A stretch of DNA of 64,000 bases from Armatimonadota bacterium (GTDB taxonomy: Bacteria; Armatimonadota; UBA5829; DSUL01): positions 1 to 64,000 of the forward strand of contig JBDHZC010000003.1 of assembly GCA_039811685.1 (NCBI GenBank), written 5' to 3'. Under the pieces are notes generated by a model, which was given only the letters and a program-made list of their open reading frames with translations, had not been told where the DNA came from and ran no database searches. Both the position numbers and the translations under genes were made by a program. Below, in pieces: positions 57,457-64,000 of this stretch (position 1 is its first letter; each line of letters begins with the position of its first letter).

Positions 57457-58869
57457 TCACCGCTCAAATCTGAACGAATACAGATCAGCGTCTTTCATCC
57501 GAAACCGCAGCCGGACGTCTCTTCCCTGAAGGCTGGTAAGTCCAGCGCGATTCTTCCAGTGGACGCTGCGTGCAATCTCGTCGCCGTAGATGGGCTCGCA
57601 CTCGGCCAGTGAAAAGCCAGGAATGCTCGCGCCGGAGCTATCCTGCGCCTCCACCCGGATTTCGCCGACGGCTGAGGTGGAGAAGTTGAGAGCCAGCCGG
57701 GACCCGCTCACGCGTACCGGCCGGGTGATAATCTCCCCACCGGAATAGGGCGCATTAACGGATGCGAATCCGTCCAGCCGCAGCGTGCCGCGCCGAAGCT
57801 GTGGAATCTTGCCGTAGTTCTCAGTCCAGTAGATGGAGATCTCCGCAGGGCCGGTCTGCAGCAGTCCCCAGGCCGGAGTGTTGTTGCCGTGCGCATTCCC
57901 CCAGTTCTGCTCGGAGAGGCCCGGACGAATAAACGCTTCCATAAACGTTCGCGCAAAGTTAAGCCCGTCACGGCTTGAGATGAATACGCCGTCTGACAGC
58001 CCGTCAACTTCCCGCGGCGGGTTGCCGATGGTCTTTCGTTCAGGAACAAAGCGCATGGGAAAGCCGAAGTACCAGCGCGGATCACGCAGGTAGGGGGCGA
58101 TCGCATTGGTGTAAAACTGCTCCAGCGGCGCCCCCTCATATTCCAGCCACTCCGGGCTCGACCACTCCCGGAAGTCCGGGGATGTCGCGCGCTGCACGGC
58201 TCGCTTGCCGTTACGGCCCGCCCGCAGATAGCACACGTACTGGTTTCTAACGGTATCCCAGAAGGCCACATTCTGCGAGTCGAAGCTGCCTTCGTGCATC
58301 ACTGGTGTCTCCTGCAGTTTGCGCCAATGAATGCCGTCCTCAGAGACCAGCGCCGTCAAAGCGCGGATATCTTCTCCGGAGGGCAGTACGTAGCGCCCCA
58401 GCCCGAGAGCCTTCCAGCGCTCATCCGCCGGAGCCGCAGGATTCAGGTCCACAAAGGGCGTGAAGTTGTGAGATTCGCGGTAGCCCTTGGCCGAGCCTGT
58501 GTAGATGATGTTATTGTCTTTCGAGCCGTTGTACTCGATCAGCCCGGGGCTCGGCCGCTTCCAATGAATCCCGTCTTTACTTTCGGCCATGCATGTATAT
58601 TCGCGGCTGTTTTCATCCGTCTGCGCCCGGTAGTACATACGGAAGCCTTCCGGAGCCTTCAGCACCGTAATATACCCGCTCATAGCCCCTTCCCATGGGG
58701 CGTCATACGTAAAGACCGCCTCCCGGCGCACGGGGCTGTGCAACTTCAGATGGCAGTCTCGCATGCTCTGGATTTCCGAGCGGTCCACAAACAGATGCAA
58801 TTCAGGTGGGACTTGCGCGCAGAGCGCGCTGCCCGCAAGCGCTGTCCCAGCAATCGCCATAGCCGCCAT
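57457..58869 (-). CDS. Secreted uncharacterised beta-propeller glycoside hydrolase-like protein
   Basis: Signal-like N-terminus; SKDGIHW, SEDGIHW, FDSQN, SRDG, LRLDGFAS; paralog of 12855-14312; the ORF-track extension to 59169 overlaps the next gene and is unlikely. Confidence 0.72.
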   Translation of the reverse strand: MAAMAIAGTALAGSALCAQVPPELHLFVDRSEIQSMRDCHLKLHSPVRREAVFTYDAPWEGAMSGYITVLKAPEGFRMYYRAQTDENSREYTCMAESKDGIHWKRPSPGLIEYNGSKDNNIIYTGSAKGYRESHNFTPFVDLNPAAPADERWKALGLGRYVLPSGEDIRALTALVSEDGIHWRKLQETPVMHEGSFDSQNVAFWDTVRNQYVCYLRAGRNGKRAVQRATSPDFREWSSPEWLEYEGAPLEQFYTNAIAPYLRDPRWYFGFPMRFVPERKTIGNPPREVDGLSDGVFISSRDGLNFARTFMEAFIRPGLSEQNWGNAHGNNTPAWGLLQTGPAEISIYWTENYGKIPQLRRGTLRLDGFASVNAPYSGGEIITRPVRVSGSRLALNFSTSAVGEIRVEAQDSSGASIPGFSLAECEPIYGDEIARSVHWKNRAGLTSLQGRDVRLRFRMKDADLYSFRFER

Positions 58870-59050
58870 TGTTCCCCGGAATGCCCTTCTCCTGAGCTTT
58901 GCTTTGACATTTGGGGAGCGTTCGTGGCAGCATGATACGGCTCTGGCTTGAGTCTTAGTTTTCAGACCCGCAGGCGCATCGGACCGAACTCCTATTCCGC
59001 CGAAGCTGCCCGCGTCTGTAAAGAGACTTTCAGTAACGATCGGAGAAGAC

Positions 59051-59986
59051 ATGCAAGACAAACCTTCCTTCACACGCCGGGAAGTCCTGAAGATGGGAGC
59101 CGTCACCGGCGCCGGAGTCGCTCTGGGAACGCTGTGGCCGTTCCGGGTCGCCTCCGCGGCTACGCGCAAAGGCTCGCGCTTCCGGTTTATCCACTACACG
59201 GACATCCACGTGCAACCCGAGCTCGCCGGAGCCCGCGGATACGCCCAGGCCATCGCGCACATGAACGGGCAGAAAGCCGACTTCGCCATCAGTGGCGGTG
59301 ACCTCGTCTTCGACAGCCTCAAAACAAAGCGCGATCGCTGCGAGCGCCTGTGGAAGCTCTACACCAGCCTCGGTAATGACTTCGATATGCCTGTTTACCA
59401 GACGCTCGGCAATCATGACAACCTTGGGCTGTCCAATCCCGATATCTCCTCGTCTGACCCGGACTACGGAAAAAAGGCGTTTCTCAACCGCTTCCAGCAG
59501 AACCACACGTACCGCTCATTCGACCACAAAGGATGGCATTTTGTCATCCTCGATTCCATTCTGCCGCAACCCGGGGGCTGGAAGCCTGTTCTGGATGAGG
59601 AGCAGATGGCGTGGCTGAAGAGCGATCTCGCGGGCAACAAGCTGCCGGTCATCGTAACCCTCCATGTGCCTATACTTACCTTCATCACCCAGATCACGCA
59701 CGGGCCGATGACCGCGCCGGGTGAACATCTGGCGATGAATGACGGCAAAGCGCTGCGTGAGCTTTTCGAAGCCAGCAACGTGAAGCTCGTGCTGCAGGGG
59801 CACGTCCACATCCGCGAACACTTCGAATACAACGGAATCAACTACATCACCAGCGGTGCGGTTTGCGGCTCCTGGTGGAACGGTCCGCGACTGGGACACC
59901 CGGAAGGCTACGCCACTGTTGACATAGACGGCGACAGCTTCGACTGGAAGTACCACACCTACGGATGGAAGGCCGTGAAGAGCTAG
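59051..59986 (+). CDS. Tat-exported calcineurin-like metallophosphoesterase
   Basis: TRREVLK Tat motif; TDIH, GGDL, GNHD, HVP, GHVH. Confidence 0.92.
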   Translation: MQDKPSFTRREVLKMGAVTGAGVALGTLWPFRVASAATRKGSRFRFIHYTDIHVQPELAGARGYAQAIAHMNGQKADFAISGGDLVFDSLKTKRDRCERLWKLYTSLGNDFDMPVYQTLGNHDNLGLSNPDISSSDPDYGKKAFLNRFQQNHTYRSFDHKGWHFVILDSILPQPGGWKPVLDEEQMAWLKSDLAGNKLPVIVTLHVPILTFITQITHGPMTAPGEHLAMNDGKALRELFEASNVKLVLQGHVHIREHFEYNGINYITSGAVCGSWWNGPRLGHPEGYATVDIDGDSFDWKYHTYGWKAVKS

Positions 59987-60014
59987 CCTCGCGCTCCAGG
60001 CGGTTACCGGAGGA

Positions 60015-60181
60015 TTAAAAAATCTGGGGGCGGCTGTCGTCGTTGAACTCAAACGCCCCCCAGGCTACCTCCCACAGATATCCGTCCGGGTAGCCGGAAT
60101 CCGCAGCCCGTCCCTGTAGAACCGCAGCGAGCGTTCAATATCCGCCACGCCGAGGGTAGTCAATGAGGTATGCGGTTGCGT
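60015..60181 (-). pseudogene. Internally deleted VOC/glyoxalase family gene remnant
   Basis: One frame gives TQPHTSLTTLGVADIERSLRFYRDGL; another gives SGY-PDGYLWEVAWGAFEFNDDSRPQIF*; middle missing, start is ACG. Confidence 0.8.
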
Positions 60182-60188
60182 GTTGGTA

Positions 60189-60503
60189 TCAGTACACCGG
60201 GACTTCCGGGTCTATGCGCTCTGCCCACGCCCGGATGCCACCCTGCAGTTTTTTCACATTTTGAAAGCCGGCTTCTTCGAGAAACGCTACCGCCTTTGTC
60301 GCGCGTCCTCCGCGGCGGCAATGCACTACGATCTCCTGTGCTCTGTCCAGCTCTTCCAGACGGTTTGGCAGCTCATCCAACGGGATAAGACACCCACCAA
60401 TGTTGCAGAGCTCGTACTCGTCCTGATCGCGTACGTCCAGCACGAATACCTCTTCACCGTTGTCTCTGCGAGCCTTTAGCTCTTCGACTGTGATCTCCCG
60501 CAC
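60189..60503 (-). CDS. Rhodanese-like domain protein (resembles MoeB/MoeZ C-terminus)
   Basis: LDVRD..E, HCRRGGR, LQGGIRAW...IDP.VPVY; AAGGAG SD before GTG 60503. Confidence 0.9.
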   Translation of the reverse strand: MREITVEELKARRDNGEEVFVLDVRDQDEYELCNIGGCLIPLDELPNRLEELDRAQEIVVHCRRGGRATKAVAFLEEAGFQNVKKLQGGIRAWAERIDPEVPVY

Positions 60504-60685
60504 TCTGCGCGCTCTCCTTTTCACAAACTGATTTTTCGCGCATAAGATATATCACAGCCCGCTAATGCGCTGCTATCCTGTCATCTGCCGGGAACTGCCT
60601 GGCAGAATAGGCGCCACAGGCGAAAAGTGATGCCGCCTGAAAGCATCGCCTTCCGAATGTCCCACTGCTCTGTGGAGAACGGTCA

Positions 60686-62278
60686 CTGAAAACCCCAAGG
60701 ATAACAAAGTCAGATATTCTGAGTGTTGCTGTTGTCGCGCTGTTTGTGCTCTGGCTGAACCCGCCTGTGCTGCTGCGGCTGTTCACGGAGTACGATAACT
60801 ACATTTACGCGGGTGTTGTGCGGGGCATGGAGCATGGCCTGATGCCCTACCGGGGAGTGTTTGACCAGAAACTCCCCGCACTCTACCTGACCTTTTACGC
60901 GCTCATCCGGCTTTTTGGTGATTCTCCAGTCCCCATTCAGCTTTTCTACCTGTTCTGTACGTTCGGCCTGAGCCTGTGCGTCTTTTGTCTGGCCAGACGC
61001 ATTGGCGCAGGGTCTGGCGTCTCCGCTATTGCTGTGCTTCTGATGCTCTCGTGGCCCATCCGCCTTACGCGGGGGGCGGGTTATCTGAGCAGTCTGCAGG
61101 TCTGGTTCAACAACACGGGGCTGCTGCTGGCTTTTGCTCAGAGCCTGTGTCTTCTTCTTGCCGTAAGCGCCCGTAAGCCGCGGTGGTGGTTTCTGATTGG
61201 TCTGCTGGCTGGCTGGGCTGTCTGGATCAAGCCACAGGAAGCTCTCTTCCTGCTTCTGCTGGTACTGTGGTTGTGGAGGAGTCCGCAGCACAGTAGCTGT
61301 CGCCTGCCTGCGCTTGGATTTCTCGCTACCGGATTTGCTGCGGTGTCGGCGGGAGTTCTGGCCTGGCTGGCAGGGCACAGGCTCTTCTCCGCTCTTGCCG
61401 AAGTCATGCGCTACAACGCGCACTATGTCCGCGACACCCCTTTGTCCTCAGGATTTGTCTGGGTGTGGGAGATGGTGCGCGGAGGGCCGGAACCGCTGGT
61501 CTTTGGGGCGCTTGCGGCGTTCGCGGCTGCATGGGCTTCCAAGAGTAAGCGCGATGAACGGGACAATATCAGGTTGCTGTGTATTGGCTGGGTGATCTGT
61601 GGCGCAATTTCCGTTGTGCTCGGAAGGCGCAGCTTCACGCACTCTCTGCTTCCGGTTATGGCTGCCTGTGCTGTCTTGAGCGCAGGAGTTCTCTCGCAGT
61701 TTCTCGGTTGGATGCGCGACAGGCTGGACGGTCGCGGAAGGTTGGGGATGCGTGCGGCGATATCTCTGATTTTCGTCCTGACGCTCCTGGCGGGAATGGA
61801 TGAGCGCGTTCATCGCAATCTCGCCCTGTGGGCGCACAGTGTTCGCCCGTTTGATCTGAAGGACGAATGGGCTGTGAATGCGTGGAAGCCGCGCAATGTT
61901 CAGCTCGGGTTGTGGTTACGGTCTCAAGTGCCGCCAGATGGACAAGTGTTTGTCTACGGACCCTCATCGCCGCAAATCCTCTATGAGTCCGGTTTTTCTC
62001 CAGCCACGCGGTTCATCTGGCCGTGGCCACTTGAAGGTCACTACGGAGGGAGCCTGACCCGCCAGCCGGAGGCGCTGACGCAGCTTTTCTGGTCGCAGTG
62101 GCTCGCAGATATGCGCCGCTCCCAGCCGGCTCTGATTTTGGACGAAACCGGCGTCTTCACAAAAGCCGTCCAGGGAAAGGCAGCTTTCCCGCTTCCGATT
62201 GAGGCTGCCCGCTTTGTTCAGGAGAACTACAAATTTGAACACGCCCATGAGGGTTTCGGTGTTCTACGGCGCAAGTGA
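60686..62278 (+). CDS. Polytopic GT-C/family 39-like glycosyltransferase; probable CTG start
   Basis: YDNYIY...GLMPYRGVFDQKLP loop, many TMs, IKPQ; frame extends to CTG 60686 with GGAG 8 nt upstream. Confidence 0.72.
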   Translation: MKTPRITKSDILSVAVVALFVLWLNPPVLLRLFTEYDNYIYAGVVRGMEHGLMPYRGVFDQKLPALYLTFYALIRLFGDSPVPIQLFYLFCTFGLSLCVFCLARRIGAGSGVSAIAVLLMLSWPIRLTRGAGYLSSLQVWFNNTGLLLAFAQSLCLLLAVSARKPRWWFLIGLLAGWAVWIKPQEALFLLLLVLWLWRSPQHSSCRLPALGFLATGFAAVSAGVLAWLAGHRLFSALAEVMRYNAHYVRDTPLSSGFVWVWEMVRGGPEPLVFGALAAFAAAWASKSKRDERDNIRLLCIGWVICGAISVVLGRRSFTHSLLPVMAACAVLSAGVLSQFLGWMRDRLDGRGRLGMRAAISLIFVLTLLAGMDERVHRNLALWAHSVRPFDLKDEWAVNAWKPRNVQLGLWLRSQVPPDGQVFVYGPSSPQILYESGFSPATRFIWPWPLEGHYGGSLTRQPEALTQLFWSQWLADMRRSQPALILDETGVFTKAVQGKAAFPLPIEAARFVQENYKFEHAHEGFGVLRRK

Positions 62279-62366
62279 CAACTCTCGCCGTCCGTTTGTC
62301 CTGCCCCTCGCTTGAATAGCTCCGTTAGTCGAAACAGCCAGCTCAAACGTGTATAATCCAGTTGAG

Positions 62367-63002
62367 ATGTTCACTGGCATAGTTTCGGACGTTGGAATCG
62401 TAGAGTCAATCAGCGCGGCTCCGTATGGCACGCGCCTGTCCGTCCGTCCGGCAAAGTTCACAGGCATTCAGACGGCGGAAAGCGTTGCTGTCAACGGAGT
62501 ATGTCTGACCGTCGCCGATACGGGCGAGGCGCCAGAGGGAGCGGTTCTGCATTTTGACTGCGTTCAGGAGACTCTGGACCGCACAAGCCTCGGTTCCCTT
62601 CGGCCTGGCGCCCGCGTCAATCTGGAGCGTCCGGTGGCTGCCGGAGAGCCGATGGGCGGACACTTTGTGCAGGGCCACGTGGACGACAAGGGCCGGATCA
62701 CTGAAATTGTTCCGGATGAAGAGGCGCGCACGGTTCGCGTTTCCTGCGCTCCTGAAATCATGCAGCTCATCGTCCATAAAGGCTCAGTAGCCATAGACGG
62801 CATCAGTCTCACTGTCGCCTCCTGCAATGATGAGTCGTTCACTGTCGCCATCATCCCGTTCACCTGGGAGGAGACGAATCTGCGCGACAGGGGCGTCGGC
62901 GACGAAGTCAACATTGAGACTGATATCCTCGCCAAGTACATTGCCCGGTTCCTCCCACCGGAATATGTGCCGGAGCCGCTTCGAAATATCCAGGAGGCCT
63001 AG
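62367..63002 (+). CDS. ribE: Riboflavin synthase
   Basis: MFTGIV N-terminus, [32 protein letters not shown]. Confidence 0.97.
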   Translation: MFTGIVSDVGIVESISAAPYGTRLSVRPAKFTGIQTAESVAVNGVCLTVADTGEAPEGAVLHFDCVQETLDRTSLGSLRPGARVNLERPVAAGEPMGGHFVQGHVDDKGRITEIVPDEEARTVRVSCAPEIMQLIVHKGSVAIDGISLTVASCNDESFTVAIIPFTWEETNLRDRGVGDEVNIETDILAKYIARFLPPEYVPEPLRNIQEA

Positions 63003-63009
63003 AGCGGAT

Positions 63010-64000
63010 ATGTCTGAGGAGCGTTCACAAGAGTTCTGCACTGTAGAAGAAGCCATAGAAGAGCTTCGCGCCGGTCGGCTGATTATCGTGGTGGACGATA
63101 AAGACAGAGAGAACGAAGGTGACTTCGTTATGGCGGCGGAGTTCTGCACGCCCGAAGCAGTCACTGTTATGGCGAGAAAAGGCGGCGGGTTGATCTGCGT
63201 CGCGGCTACAGAAGAGCGTCTGGCGGAGTTGGACTTGAAGATGATGGTGGAGAACAACACGTCCAAGCTCGGCACCCAGTTCACTGTCACGGTTGACGCC
63301 CGGCGTGGCACCAGTACCGGCATTTCCGCCTCTGACCGAGCCCATACCATTCGAGTGCTTGCGGATCCCGCAACGCAACCTGACGATCTTTGCATACCCG
63401 GGCACATCTTCCCGCTGCGCGCACAGCCGGGCGGCGTACTCGTAAGGGCAGGGCACACCGAGGCTGTAGTTGACCTGATGTCTCTGGCCGGGTTGCGGCC
63501 CTGCGGCGTACTTTGCGAAATCATGAGCGAGAGCGGGCACGAGATGGCCCGTGTGCCGGAGCTTTTGGAAATCGCATCGAAGCACAACCTCAAGGTGCTG
63601 ACGGTCGCCGACCTGATCAAGCACCGGCGTCATCACGAGAAGCTCATTCACCGCGTCGCAAGCGCACAGCTTCCCACAAAGTGGGGTCAGTTTGTCGCGC
63701 ACGCGTACGAGGCGGCCATTGACAGCAATCCTTACGTGGCCCTTGTAATGGGTAACATTACAGAGGGTGAGCCGCCGCTTGTGCGCATTCACTCTGGCTG
63801 TCTCACGGGAGACGCTCTGGGTTCTTTGCGCTGTGACTGTGGAGACCAGCTTGACCTGGCCATGCAGAAGATTGCTTCAGAAGGCCGCGGAGTGTTGCTT
63901 TACATCCAGCAGGAGGGTCGCGGAATCGGACTGGTGAACAAACTGAAAGCGTATGTGCTTCAGGATCATGGAGCCGATACCGTAGAAGCCAACGAGATGC
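63010..64000 (+). CDS. ribBA: Bifunctional DHBP synthase / GTP cyclohydrolase II (runs off window end)
   Basis: Manual translation: [57 protein letters not shown]. Confidence 0.97.
   Translation, partial: MSEERSQEFCTVEEAIEELRAGRLIIVVDDKDRENEGDFVMAAEFCTPEAVTVMARKGGGLICVAATEERLAELDLKMMVENNTSKLGTQFTVTVDARRGTSTGISASDRAHTIRVLADPATQPDDLCIPGHIFPLRAQPGGVLVRAGHTEAVVDLMSLAGLRPCGVLCEIMSESGHEMARVPELLEIASKHNLKVLTVADLIKHRRHHEKLIHRVASAQLPTKWGQFVAHAYEAAIDSNPYVALVMGNITEGEPPLVRIHSGCLTGDALGSLRCDCGDQLDLAMQKIASEGRGVLLYIQQEGRGIGLVNKLKAYVLQDHGADTVEANEM

Noticed and set aside
62279..62366. FMN riboswitch upstream of ribE-ribBA
   Set aside because: The interval is under 90 bp, has no RFN consensus, and a -10 box sits right before the ATG

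Overview
A 64 kb GC-rich bacterial chromosomal window. Armatimonadota is plausible, based on a characteristic C-terminal domain, a PEP-CTERM protein and many Tat/Sec glycan enzymes, but this taxonomy is inference. It opens with the tuf(3' end)-rpmG-tRNA-Trp-secE-nusG-rplK-rplA-L10 leader-rplJ-rplL cluster, which ends at a terminator with no rpoB following. The rest is a mosaic of housekeeping genes (cfa, rlmH, ruvC, rimI, tsaD, pyrE, mutL, ribE, partial ribBA) and many secreted or periplasmic carbohydrate-active and uncharacterised proteins (DUF1080, two BNR-4, two beta-propeller paralogs, two Tat Gfo/Idh/MocA, a heparinase II/III-like lyase with uxaE, two GT-C-like membrane proteins). It also holds a GalU-like gene coupled to a GHMP kinase-UDPGP fusion and an ECF sigma/anti-sigma/RseB-like module beside a very basic secreted protein. 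A small defence region at about 51.6-56.6 kb contains a REP-like element, a stand-alone HsdR-N nuclease, and a type II R-M pair bracketed by an 89-bp direct repeat. Features missed by the ORF track include tuf, rpmG, ribBA, a deleted VOC pseudogene, and two genes that appear to start at non-canonical codons (ATC, CTG). No CRISPR array, rRNA, transposase or integrase was seen. All family assignments are from motif recognition, not database searches.
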